Assembly (NCBI GenBank): GCA_016868315.1
Contig: VGHE01000008.1
Location: forward strand, 25,888 to 89,887
Source of the DNA: Betaproteobacteria bacterium
Lineage (GTDB): Bacteria > Bdellovibrionota_B > Oligoflexia > Silvanigrellales > Silvanigrellaceae
DNA: 64,000 nucleotides
Direction: 5' to 3'
Position numbers and translations under genes: made by a program. Position 1 is the stretch's first letter. Each line of letters starts with the position of its first letter. This document shows, one piece after another, positions 12,116-21,851 of this stretch. Below the pieces are notes generated by a model, which worked only from the letters and a program-made list of their open reading frames with translations, searched no databases and was not told the origin of the DNA.

Positions 12116-12862
12116 ATGAAAAAGCTTCTATTCGCAGTACTTTTAACTTTTCCCGGTGGTGCAGACGCGGAGGAAAAGGAGTCGTTCAAACATTATGTCT
12201 CGCTGAAATATGGCTCTGTGCAAAGCCGAGTGGGATTCGAGTCTGATGCTCGGTTTAAGAATGACCAAGGTAAAAGAAGGACGTCGGTTTTCTCTGGGGT
12301 AGCTATTCATATGCAAAGTTTCTTGGAGGAGTGAACCTTGAAGATGACAATCAGCTTGCTGGCTTCACACTGGGTCTAGTTCTCAATGACAATGATTTGT
12401 TCACAGTTAAAACCTACATGACAGATGACGACCTCGAGAAGGCCGGTGAATATGATGACTTCAGCGCAGGACTCAGCTTCGGACGTAAACGAGAGCGGGA
12501 AAATGATCAGTGAATATGCAGGTGACTGGCTCTTTCTGCAATCTAAATTAGGTTTTGGTCTGTATCATTTCGAACTCAGTGACACTCAATATAGTACGGT
12601 ATACAAAAATTGGTACGACAAATATGGATTCAAGAGAGCCTCCGGAACCGAACCCGTTGGTAACATGTACATTGAGCTCGGCACACATGCGTCTTTTGAT
12701 TTAACTTTTGGTCGCGTGTTGGCCACTTTGGGCTACTATTACTTGCTGCCACCTGCGACACTTCGCCTTGTAAAAATGAACACAACCAACACAGACTACC
12801 ACTTCACAATCCAAGGGAGCCCGCACCATGGATTTTCAGGTCAAATAGCCACTGCGTTTTAA
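12116..12862 (+). pseudogene. Outer-membrane beta-barrel-like gene split over three ORFs (frames 2-1-2): frameshifted gene or assembly indels
   Basis: The signal peptide 'MKKLLFAVLLTFPGGADA' is in ORF 12116..12334. The beta-strand-like text continues in 12274..12513 (frame 1) and then 12425..12862, ending 'QIATAF'. The only short A-runs in the permitted intervals are near 12272-12275 and 12497-12503. Confidence 0.5.
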
Positions 12863-12913
12863 CAAACTGTTCCGACGTGAAACAAAATGGGGTGCCGCGG
12901 AACAGACTGGCAC

Positions 12914-14056
12914 TTATTTCAGCCGTCGCGATCCCCAGTCACAAGTTCGTCGTGGATTCGCTTTCTCAAAGCTATCGCAGCGCGCTTGACAGATTGACAA
13001 CGTTACTCCGTTCAAATTCGCGAGCTCTTTCCCACCTCCGCCGCGTACAACGCAGCGTGCTTCAGGATGCGCTCTAAAAACACGACCATCCCACGAGCAG
13101 CGCCGCTGCTCATTAGCAGCAAAAGACTGACACCTATTTTCGCACTCGGCACGATTCGATTGACCGCTGAAGAGTTGATTTTGACCACCACCAACAACGA
13201 GACAGCGTCCTTCCTGAGCCCCGCCTCCGGGTCGAGGTGTTGAGGTCGCACGCGGTGTCACTGCAGGTTTGCGAGACACCGATGTGCGTGGAGCTGCAGG
13301 TTTGGGAGACACCGATGTGCGTGGAGCTGCAGTCGGCGCGGGCGTAGAAGCGGGTGTGGTTGGCGTTGCTGGCGATGCTGGCACCATTGAATACGCAGCG
13401 CGCGCACCAGCAAGATCACCCGCACTCAAACCCTTTGAGTTAGCAATAATAACACCGCCGTTCTTTTTGCGCATATTCGGCGTACCGGTCTGATTTGTCC
13501 CGTAATGCATAATCGAGTCGAAATCGTATGCAATGTAGTTTTTGCTCCCCTCAACTTTGCCAAAATTCGAGTCACTTACCAGAACATTGGTTGCAAAAAT
13601 CACGTATTGATCGCGATCGGAACGCATATGTTCATGCAAAAAACCAAGTGTATGCCCGGCCTCGTGAATGATCGTGCGGAGAATATCGCAACTGCCACCC
13701 CGCTTCGCCAGTTCTGCCATTTCAGCGCGACTCATGAGCCACAGTGGCTGACCAGAACCACCGATTTGGGCATATGCCTTCTCAGGAATCTTTCCTAAGT
13801 ACGCTGTCCCGCAGGCGGTTGGCACGCGCGCACCAATAATCACTCGAACATATTCCTTGTCTGCCGGCTGCCGAGGTTCCCAGCGGATTCCAGCCCGAGC
13901 CCACTCCTGCACCATGGTCGCCCACTCTTGTTGGTGCTCCATGTTTGCCGGAAGCTCGTAAGGCACTCGCCCACCGGGCCACAATGCAGTTTCAGGGCGC
14001 GAGGCTAGGCCGAGCTCGTCATCTCCAAGCGAGGTGAGCGACATATCCTTTGGCAA
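12914..14056 (-). CDS. Astacin-family (M12A) zinc metalloprotease with Pro/Thr linker and two C-terminal 4-Cys modules; the signal peptide is encoded out of frame upstream (ATG 14259)
   Basis: 'HEAGHTLGFLHEHMRSDRD' matches the astacin HExxHxxGFxHExxRxDRD signature, with Met-turn 'SIMHY'. The upstream ORF 14005..14280 encodes 'MRFIGVLLFSAAVGVSCG' in another frame. Confidence 0.85.
   Translation of the reverse strand: MPKDMSLTSLGDDELGLASRPETALWPGGRVPYELPANMEHQQEWATMVQEWARAGIRWEPRQPADKEYVRVIIGARVPTACGTAYLGKIPEKAYAQIGGSGQPLWLMSRAEMAELAKRGGSCDILRTIIHEAGHTLGFLHEHMRSDRDQYVIFATNVLVSDSNFGKVEGSKNYIAYDFDSIMHYGTNQTGTPNMRKKNGGVIIANSKGLSAGDLAGARAAYSMVPASPATPTTPASTPAPTAAPRTSVSPKPAAPRTSVSRKPAVTPRATSTPRPGGGAQEGRCLVVGGGQNQLFSGQSNRAECENRCQSFAANEQRRCSWDGRVFRAHPEARCVVRGGGGKELANLNGVTLSICQARCDSFEKANPRRTCDWGSRRLK
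13261..13326 (-). repeat. 33-bp tandem duplication in the astacin linker
   Basis: 'ctgcaggtttg(c/g)gagacaccgatgtgcgtggag' occurs twice back to back with one mismatch. It encodes 'PRTSVSPKPAA PRTSVSRKPAV'. Confidence 0.85.
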
Positions 14057-14417
14057 CAGAGTGTGCCCGCCAATAACGGCAAGCCCTTTTCAAGCTTGAA
14101 GGGCACTCCGAGCAGCTCATCGCCATTGCGCAAATAGCCAAACTGCTCTCCTTCTGAGTTCTGCTCTGTTACACTTGCTTCCTGCGAGTTGTTGTTCTGC
14201 GCTACACCACAAGACACTCCGACAGCCGCTGAAAAAAGCAATACTCCAATGAACCTCATACTCACTGCCCCACTCTGCAACTTCTTCTTCGCGGTTGGAG
14301 CGGGATCGGACGTCCGTTCGAGTCACATAAGGGGATTCAAAGACTAAAAAAAATATTCAGTTTTTATTCAATGTTGAGGCATAGGAACGACTCCCTCGAA
14401 CCGAGAAGACGAACCCA

Positions 14418-15488
14418 TCAGCCGGACGGAGCTGCCAGTAATTCAAGCTCTGCTTTCAGCCTCTCCAAGAGCAAAGACCGCACAAGAACCGCCAATTCAA
14501 CGAGGCGAACAGCCTCACAGACCGCAAAGACAGACGCATACTCAGGCTCAAAGAGAAAACTCAAAGCCGCGGATGAATGCCCTCCATCAACATTGATGTT
14601 CCGGTGCATCTGTAATGGCTCAGCGGCGCCTGCCCAGGGAGTCCCTTCAAGTAAATTCGCCAAGGGATGACGTTTGGTCGAACTTCCTGCCTCGAAAAAC
14701 TCAATCATGGATGCAAAAGAGAGAATGCTTCTCGCACATGAAAATTTCAAAATATCAACCAACAGTTCTGTTTCAGGAAACACCACAATTTTCTCAGATG
14801 GCATATAACCCAGCAAATTCAGACTTTTTAGAACCAACTTGTCGTGTCCCGATTCGGACTCGACATACGCAGAAGCCTTGAGAGACACCGATGGAAGTCG
14901 ATTCACAGCAATCTTGAGAGCGTCCCTGCAGTTACTTGTGACGTGATAGTTTTGCAGCACAAGCAGAGCGACCCCTCTCCGAAAGAGCTCCGGACGGCTT
15001 TTGTAATGCTCGAGTTTTTGAATGAAGTTTTTCTCGGTTGTCTGCAGCAGAGACTCGTGAATATTCCGACGCAATACTGAAAACGCTGCCAGGGTATCGG
15101 AGACTCTGGGAACGCCACTCCGAGAGAATCGAATGACCTCATCGCAATCCCATGTAAAGCGTTTGTTCTCGAGCGCATCAAGCACCCTGCTGTTTGACGG
15201 AGACACTTTCTTGGCTAAAGCAGAGGGCTGCAAGTTCAAAGACCCTATGCCCAACAAAGAACTCAAAACTGATCTGGTGTCTCGCCAGCTCAGTTTTCGT
15301 GGATGAATATAACAAATCGGATAGCGGTATAAACTGCTGAGAATAGCCTTCAGAGGCGACGTGCTGGAGCCCTGCAGTTCGCATTCAAGAGACAACCAAG
15401 GCGTATGAACAGCGACAGATTGTTCCCCATGAGCCTCGAGCCTCAGTTGTTCGTAAGGAGACAACCGACGTGGCTCTTTTTGACTCAC
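14418..15488 (-). CDS. Hypothetical protein, possibly a helical haem-oxygenase-like fold; start uncertain
   Basis: Long ORF. The N-terminal 33 codons of the track ORF are Cys/Arg-rich and look non-coding. GTG at 15488 follows GGTGGA. 'VESESGHDKL' and 'HRNINVDGGH' are weak hints of an iron-containing redox enzyme family. Confidence 0.45.
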   Translation of the reverse strand: MSQKEPRRLSPYEQLRLEAHGEQSVAVHTPWLSLECELQGSSTSPLKAILSSLYRYPICYIHPRKLSWRDTRSVLSSLLGIGSLNLQPSALAKKVSPSNSRVLDALENKRFTWDCDEVIRFSRSGVPRVSDTLAAFSVLRRNIHESLLQTTEKNFIQKLEHYKSRPELFRRGVALLVLQNYHVTSNCRDALKIAVNRLPSVSLKASAYVESESGHDKLVLKSLNLLGYMPSEKIVVFPETELLVDILKFSCARSILSFASMIEFFEAGSSTKRHPLANLLEGTPWAGAAEPLQMHRNINVDGGHSSAALSFLFEPEYASVFAVCEAVRLVELAVLVRSLLLERLKAELELLAAPSG

Positions 15489-15796
15489 AATTCCACCATA
15501 CAGACGAATTGATCTGCAGGTTTCTCGGACTTGACCTTCACGGCAGCCTCGCCACAGGTGCCGTCTGCAAGCACGGCAAATACACAATTGTCAGAGAGCG
15601 CTCCCTAGGCTTCCTTGTATTTGCAGACCTCAAACTCAGGCGAGCTCTTCTGCTGACAGCCCAAGACCGAAAGAAGTGAGCCAATGAGCATGAGGCAATT
15701 GAGACCATCTGCTTTCATGTGAACGTACCTCCCAGATAAACCGTTCTTCGGCACCGGATGCACAAAAACGACCGATGCTCAGTGAGTGGGTATCGG

Positions 15797-16816
15797 TCAT
15801 TCCCACTGAAACAGCCACGAACTTGTGGCCATGAAAACCACGCTAAGTGCTACCAGAATGAGAAGGTGGCTGCTCACGTCCATGAGACTTGCACCTTCTG
15901 TCATAATAGCTCGGCTTGCATCGACAAGATGGGTCAATGGCGAGATTTGGGCAATCTTCTGCAAAACGGGATTCGTACCTTCAAGGGAAAACCAAACGCC
16001 TGAGAAAAGCATCATAGGCCAGGTCAGCAGATTCAAAACCCCGCCAGCGAACTCCTCACTGCTTATACGAGCAGCCACAACGAGCGCCAACGAAATCATG
16101 CACAGTGCGCCAATGAGGAGTGCGACGAACAAGTCCGCATAAGAACCAACCATCTGTACATCGAGAAGCCAATGGCATCCAAGCAAAACAATCACCGACA
16201 TCACCAGCATGAGCATAAGCCTGCTAGTGACCTGTGCAGCGAGGAACTCAAAAGCTGTCACAGGAGTTGCCTTAATGCGACGAAGTACGCCTGCCTTGCG
16301 ATAGCGGACAATAACGTACCCTACGCCAAAGAGAGATCCGAACATCACATTCATCCCGAGCAAACCTGCCAAAAGCCAGTCCACATAGCGAATTTCTCGC
16401 CCACTGACCTGCTCGCGTACTACACCGCTGCTTGCCTGCTGACCTGAAAGAATCTTCTCTAAAAGGTATCCCTTCGGCGACGAAGAGTTGACCCAATATC
16501 GAGGCCACTCGCTCAAAGAAACCACCATGTCGAATTGATGTCGCTTGAGTTTATCGAGCGCAGGCTGCAAATCCTGAATATCGATGAACTGAATATATTG
16601 CGTAGCGAGAAAATCGGAGAGGGGATTTTTTGAACCTGGAGCTATAGAAGCTTGTTTCTCAACGGCAACCTTAAAGATATCCTGTTGCCTCCCACTGAAG
16701 GCGAATGAAAAGCCAATCACAATCAAAAATGGAAAAAGCAAGCTCCAAGCCAAAGAACCACGGTCTCTGATGAATTCCTTGTTACGTGCAACCAATAGAG
16801 CAAAAAATCTTTTCAT
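15797..16816 (-). CDS. ABC-2 type transporter permease
   Basis: 339 aa with an N-terminal TM helix, a large loop and a C-terminal cluster of five or more TM helices, typical of ABC-2 permeases. It overlaps the upstream ATPase gene by 4 nt. Confidence 0.75.
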   Translation of the reverse strand: MKRFFALLVARNKEFIRDRGSLAWSLLFPFLIVIGFSFAFSGRQQDIFKVAVEKQASIAPGSKNPLSDFLATQYIQFIDIQDLQPALDKLKRHQFDMVVSLSEWPRYWVNSSSPKGYLLEKILSGQQASSGVVREQVSGREIRYVDWLLAGLLGMNVMFGSLFGVGYVIVRYRKAGVLRRIKATPVTAFEFLAAQVTSRLMLMLVMSVIVLLGCHWLLDVQMVGSYADLFVALLIGALCMISLALVVAARISSEEFAGGVLNLLTWPMMLFSGVWFSLEGTNPVLQKIAQISPLTHLVDASRAIMTEGASLMDVSSHLLILVALSVVFMATSSWLFQWE

Positions 16817-17703
16817 TCGCGCAGCTCCCTGCCGGTCAAATGGAGGAAGAGATCCTCCAAACTCGCCGAACGCACGGTCATTCTGTTGAGACAGATATCC
16901 TTTTGTACAAACATCGACAGCGCTGTCTTAACGTCGGGAACATGGAACTCGAAGTTGTTGTTCTTTTTATGATAGCTAAAACCGAAATCTGATGGTGGCT
17001 GGCCTAACAGATCCTCTTCAGGAATTTCAATATACTGCCCTTCAAAATACTCCCTCAGCAGATTTTTGGGTTCGCCTTGAGCAATGATGCTGCCCTTATC
17101 CATAATCGCAATTTGATCGCACAGCACATATGCTTCTTCCATATAGTGCGTCGTCAAAATGATACTCTTTCCCTCAGATTTAATTTCTCCGACCAGTGAC
17201 CAAAGATTACGACGTGCCTGAGGGTCGAGGCCTGTTGTTGGTTCATCGAGAAAGACAAGCTCGGGGTCATTGATAAGCGCCAATGCCAAAAGCAATCGCT
17301 GCCGCTGTCCACCTGAAAGCTTGCGATTATCACGGTCAAGAAAATCCTCCAGAGCACACAAACAAATCAGCTCATCGATACTTCTATGGTGTGCGTAAAG
17401 ACTCGCAAAGAGCCCAAGACACTCACGTACAGTGAGAAAGTCCTGAAGAGACGTGTTCTGAAATTGGATACCGATTTTGTGTTGCAAAGAGCGAGTCAAC
17501 GGCTGATTCATAAAAAGAACCTGACCTGAGTCAGGAGCAATGACACCTTCCATCATCTCAATAGTGGTCGTCTTGCCAGCGCCGTTGGGACCCAAGAGTC
17601 CAAAGCACTGACCTCGCTCAACACTAAAACTCACGTCACTGACTGCAAGCACTTTTCCATATTGCTTGCGTAAATGAACGGCCTGAATGTGCGGACTTGG
17701 CAT
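16813..17703 (-). CDS. ABC transporter ATP-binding protein
   Basis: Walker A 'GPNGAGKTT', signature 'LSGGQRQR' and Walker B 'VFLDEPTTGLD'. Confidence 0.9.
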   Translation of the reverse strand: MPSPHIQAVHLRKQYGKVLAVSDVSFSVERGQCFGLLGPNGAGKTTTIEMMEGVIAPDSGQVLFMNQPLTRSLQHKIGIQFQNTSLQDFLTVRECLGLFASLYAHHRSIDELICLCALEDFLDRDNRKLSGGQRQRLLLALALINDPELVFLDEPTTGLDPQARRNLWSLVGEIKSEGKSIILTTHYMEEAYVLCDQIAIMDKGSIIAQGEPKNLLREYFEGQYIEIPEEDLLGQPPSDFGFSYHKKNNNFEFHVPDVKTALSMFVQKDICLNRMTVRSASLEDLFLHLTGRELRE

Positions 17704-17915
17704 GATAGGAATCTTTCAAACTCAGAAAGAAAAAGACAATGTCAGGACAAGTGTACAACAGTAGCTACCCCCATGCCAGAGAGCCCCAAAATTACGAACC
17801 TTTTTAAACAAAAAAATATTATCAAATTTGCTGCCAACCGGTCGATACTTGTTTCGGACGACGGGGTCGAATGGAACAACGGCTGCGGCTGTCTACTTTA
17901 TGCGAGGGCACGTGC

Positions 17916-18155
17916 GTGAAAAGGTCACTTCAGAGAACGAACAGTCTTCTCTTTTCTGCTTGCGCACTTTCGCTTAGCGGCTGCTTCGACATCGAGAACA
18001 AAGTCATTCTGAGGAAAGACACATTCTCTGCGGAAATCACGCTGCGTTTTCCCAAAGAGCTCATGGAAATGGCCGGAGAAGGTGACAACAATCTCTGGGT
18101 TGAATTTGAAATCCCCAGACCTTGGTACAAGAAAATGTGGAGCATCTTTGAATGA
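17916..18155 (+). CDS. Small lipoprotein
   Basis: GTG at 17916 follows GAGGG. It encodes 'VKRSLQRTNSLLFSACALSLSGC' with a lipobox. Its stop overlaps the next start as ATGA. Confidence 0.5.
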   Translation: MKRSLQRTNSLLFSACALSLSGCFDIENKVILRKDTFSAEITLRFPKELMEMAGEGDNNLWVEFEIPRPWYKKMWSIFE

Positions 18156-18997
18156 AAGCGACCATTGCATTTTTGACCTTCGTTCTCGGGCTGAGTTTGG
18201 CTTCTTGCCGAAGTATGCACATGCAACCTAAAACAGGAGATGAAGCAGCAGTTTCTTCACTCAAAATGAAAACCGCTGACCCTGGGGTCGAATTTATAAT
18301 TCACAAACCCCAAACAAGTTCTGCAGATGCTTTCCTGATTTTCCATGGAACTGTTGAATCCGATAAACAGAACGTTAAGGCTGCGCAGCTGACGCTCAGG
18401 AAAAGCAAAAAATTAGTTCAAAGAGACGATGCACTGTACATCGCCGTTGCCTACCCTCAAGAGAATCTCTTTATGGGAGACAACCTCAAAAACGCGGAAG
18501 CTGCCCTGCTTTGGTTGAAAAAGAGCGGCTCACGAGAGCTTGGTATCGAAATCAAAAGAATTTTTCTTGTTGGCCACTCTCAAGGTGGATATCTGGTTAC
18601 ACGGCTCAACACACTCCACCCAACAAATGGAGTTATTGCAAATGCACCGGGTCCGCTAAACTTCAAGTTGCGTTGCGAGCTCGAGGAAGACCGCAAGATT
18701 CCAACGTCAGACTACTGCAGCCGTATGAAGGCAAGATTTGGTAGCACAAAAGAGAATCCAGCAGCCTATGACGAACGCTCGCTCTTGACCCACATCAAAA
18801 ACTTCAAAAGTAAAATACTATTCACACAGGGCATGAGCGACACGAAACTACAGCTGATATCGTGGCCAGTGCTCAAGAGCAGGGTTTCCGCATGCGCAAG
18901 TTGCGGTGGAGCGCAGTTTAAAGAGATGGAAGGCGGTCATGATGCACTTTTTGACCACCCGGATGGACACAAGATTGTTCAACAGTTTCTGGAATAA
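18152..18997 (+). CDS. Lipoprotein alpha/beta-hydrolase (esterase/peptidase-type)
   Basis: Lipobox 'LGLSLASC', nucleophile elbow 'LVGHSQGG', and a late 'GGHD' plausibly supplying the catalytic His. Confidence 0.65.
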   Translation: MKATIAFLTFVLGLSLASCRSMHMQPKTGDEAAVSSLKMKTADPGVEFIIHKPQTSSADAFLIFHGTVESDKQNVKAAQLTLRKSKKLVQRDDALYIAVAYPQENLFMGDNLKNAEAALLWLKKSGSRELGIEIKRIFLVGHSQGGYLVTRLNTLHPTNGVIANAPGPLNFKLRCELEEDRKIPTSDYCSRMKARFGSTKENPAAYDERSLLTHIKNFKSKILFTQGMSDTKLQLISWPVLKSRVSACASCGGAQFKEMEGGHDALFDHPDGHKIVQQFLE

Positions 18998-19163
18998 GCC
19001 CCCTCCCGGCCAACACCCTGAGCACTGATTAACGCAGCTGAGCCCGCGGAATCACTGAGAAGATATCCCAGGTTTTATGTTCGGTATTTGACGGGTGCTT
19101 ACCGCCAACTCATTATTCTCCCCTCGAGAACGATATTGAGTAAAACTCTGGAGGTCTGGTCTC

Positions 19164-20119
19164 ATGTTTAAACTCAACAAAACCAATTTTGCAGCTGTTA
19201 CTTTTCTCAGCATTTCAATTGCTGCACCTTTGAATGCTTTTGCTCAAGATGAAGAAGAGATTCAACAGGCTATCGCCGGTTCCAAAGTCAGGAAGCAAAA
19301 TGGATGCTCTCTCATGGTAAAAAATGATTCAAAGCTCAAAATAAAACAGAAAGTGACCGTCACAAGCACCAACGAAGACCTGGGAAGTGGTGTGGTACGA
19401 AGTACGAATCCTAATGGAACTGCAATCGTCATTTTGGAGCAAAAGTCCTGCCAGATTAGTTTCTTAGGTGGCGATGTTGTGGCGGACTCGCAGGGCTCAG
19501 ATTCAGACAATGAATTCGCTAGAGCCCCGAAATCAAGGTTGCCCGCAGGTGTTGTTGAAAACTCCAGTGCACACAACAGGCTAAAATATCCGCTGACTGC
19601 AGAGCTGGCTTCGGCTACATGTTCACGCCAGGGGTGACAGGTGGTCTCAGCTACAACGTCAACCATGAAGTGGCCGGAGAACTCACTGTCGACAGTGCGT
19701 CTCTCGATTTTCTGAAAATCTACAAATACTCGCGTCTTCGCATAGGAGCCTTGGGCTCCTACTTCGGGGGCAACTCATTTTACAGCACCGGGGGTCTGAT
19801 CATCGAACAGTTCACCTCTGGCACGATTGGTGGAAAAATTGATGACAATGGCATTGAAACACAGGCCGATGCCTTCAAAGCTGAGTTCTTGCAACTTCAA
19901 GCACAGATCGGCATTGGCAACCGATGGAATCTGGGTCGATTCGTGATTGGTGCAGAATGGGTGGGAATTTCAGTTCCGTTCGTGAATATTTCGGAGAAAT
20001 ACACAAAAACAGAAGGATACAGCGACACGCAGTTTGAAGCTTCCAAGAAGTCGAACAAAGAAGTTGCCGATGCGAAGAGCCTTCGACTTTTAAATTCCTA
20101 CATTGGCTTCTCGTTCTGA
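19164..20119 (+). pseudogene. Exported beta-barrel-like protein split into two ORFs (frame 0 then frame 2): frameshift or assembly indel
   Basis: 19164..19637 carries signal peptide 'AAVTFLSISIAAPLNAFA'. 19619..20119 has no signal but has OMP-like strands and a terminal 'YIGFSF'. Both frames are open across 19559-19637. Confidence 0.5.
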
Positions 20120-20364
20120 AGGAAGCCATTCGCAGACACGGATTTCTCCAATTTTAACATTTGGAGGAACAAACCTCGCACAGGCGGTTCTGAATCACTC
20201 AGTGCTGCCCTTCGCTACACCCCCTGCACACTCAATTTCCGGAACTGACCATAAATTAATTGAGAGTTACTTTTTCTGGTAAAATCTGATTATTATGACA
20301 TTTATTAAATTCTATCATGAGAAAATCCGAAGCGTTTATTAAACATTTCGTTTCGGGGGCGTTC

Positions 20365-21783
20365 ATGATTAGAGTAATCTCTCTAGCAGCAGTTTTGCTA
20401 TCGGGTTGCTCGACTGATCTCTTGCCAGACGCGGCATCTCGAGGCGCAGGGGTGGCATCTGCAGGTTCTGGCAAAAGCATCACTAGCGCGTTGGCCGTTG
20501 GAAAGACACAAGACTTTGCGAAGCTCATTAGACTTAAAGAAGTGAATTCGGCGCTGTGTTTGCGCTACCAAAAGCAAATACTTGAGTGCCCCCTTTCAAG
20601 CCCGCTCAGAGCAGATGACTCGAACAAGGTCTTGGGTTGCGTCGCGGGAGTGGATCCAAAAGCGCTCGTTGGTGCAGAATATAAGCTTTCGGTTCAGCCC
20701 CCTCCAGGCACAAAAATTTACCTGAGCACAAAAGGCGGCCTCTGGAGAACAAATGAGATTGGTTCAGGCTCTGCCCAAACCCTGACCTGGGGACCGATGA
20801 AGGGTGATGACTGTAGGCCGAATCTGCGCGGTGTTCCCGCGCAGTCGCAACTTCGATCCCCAAAGCTTCTCGAGGTGGAAGATCTGGAAGTCGTCATTGT
20901 TCCTGATGACAAAAGCAAATGCAGCAACACGCCCAACAGGATTTCAGAGTTCGGTGCGTTTGAACTGACCCTCAATGGCAATCCGTTATTCTCAAAAGGC
21001 GACCTGACCTATCGCAGTGGTGGTCACTTCCTCAAGCTCGATGCACTCGATGCACACATCTACAATGACGAGAAACGCAGCAAATGCATTGTGTCGAGCA
21101 AGGAAGTCGAGGAGATTGTCAAAGAGGCTGAGAAGAATGCACCGATTAATGCAAAGTTGAGCGCAGAACAAGCCGCTTCTCTGAGTGAAGATTATAACCG
21201 AGAAACCTCGCGCAACAACAACTTACAGCAGGCTCTTTCCGGACAAGAAAAGCTAGGCTGCTGGGCGTTCGCAAAAGTTGACAAACTTGAGGTTAGAATT
21301 GAAGGTCGTGCGCTTCCGCGTCAGAGCTGGGGCACTGGCGAAGAAGGCAAAGGAAATGGAAATGGGAGAGCATTTTCCTTCTCGTTTGGACGTGGAATTG
21401 TTCATTCTGTCTCGGAAGAAAACGGAATTTTTAGACCGGGCGGTGGCTTTGTAAGCAATGCTTTCTCGGAACGATATCTCCAAGAGCTGCAGTTCGTTCG
21501 TATCGAGAAACACGGAACAACCTTTGAGAATGAACAGTTTTCTACATCATATCGATGTGGCTTTCTCGGGCTTGGAACTTGCACAAAACGGGAATTCCGT
21601 CGCTTCGAAACCGACAGGCGTAATATTTCTGCAATCAAAATATTAGTGAACGACCAGCTTATTTATGAGAAAAATATGAACCATGATTTTCAGACGGGAA
21701 GCCTGCAATGGATAGATATTGATTTGCAGAGAAATCAAAAGTACAGAAGCTTAATGCGAAACACTTCTTGCCCAGCCATCTGA
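20365..21783 (+). CDS. Hypothetical lipoprotein
   Basis: ATG at 20365 gives 'MIRVISLAAVLLSGCS' with a lipobox. The 472-aa protein has no family I recognise. Confidence 0.6.
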   Translation: MIRVISLAAVLLSGCSTDLLPDAASRGAGVASAGSGKSITSALAVGKTQDFAKLIRLKEVNSALCLRYQKQILECPLSSPLRADDSNKVLGCVAGVDPKALVGAEYKLSVQPPPGTKIYLSTKGGLWRTNEIGSGSAQTLTWGPMKGDDCRPNLRGVPAQSQLRSPKLLEVEDLEVVIVPDDKSKCSNTPNRISEFGAFELTLNGNPLFSKGDLTYRSGGHFLKLDALDAHIYNDEKRSKCIVSSKEVEEIVKEAEKNAPINAKLSAEQAASLSEDYNRETSRNNNLQQALSGQEKLGCWAFAKVDKLEVRIEGRALPRQSWGTGEEGKGNGNGRAFSFSFGRGIVHSVSEENGIFRPGGGFVSNAFSERYLQELQFVRIEKHGTTFENEQFSTSYRCGFLGLGTCTKREFRRFETDRRNISAIKILVNDQLIYEKNMNHDFQTGSLQWIDIDLQRNQKYRSLMRNTSCPAI

Positions 21784-21788
21784 AAAAT

Positions 21789-21821
21789 CTGCGCGTTCAG
21801 GAGCTTACTCTGAACGCGCAG
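21789..21821. terminator. Bidirectional hairpin between convergent genes
   Basis: Perfect 12-bp inverted repeat ctgcgcgttcag / ctgaacgcgcag with a 9-nt loop, between the stops at 21783 and 21852. Confidence 0.6.
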
Positions 21822-21851
21822 CTCTTCATGCTGGCTCAGTTTTTGAGTTGC

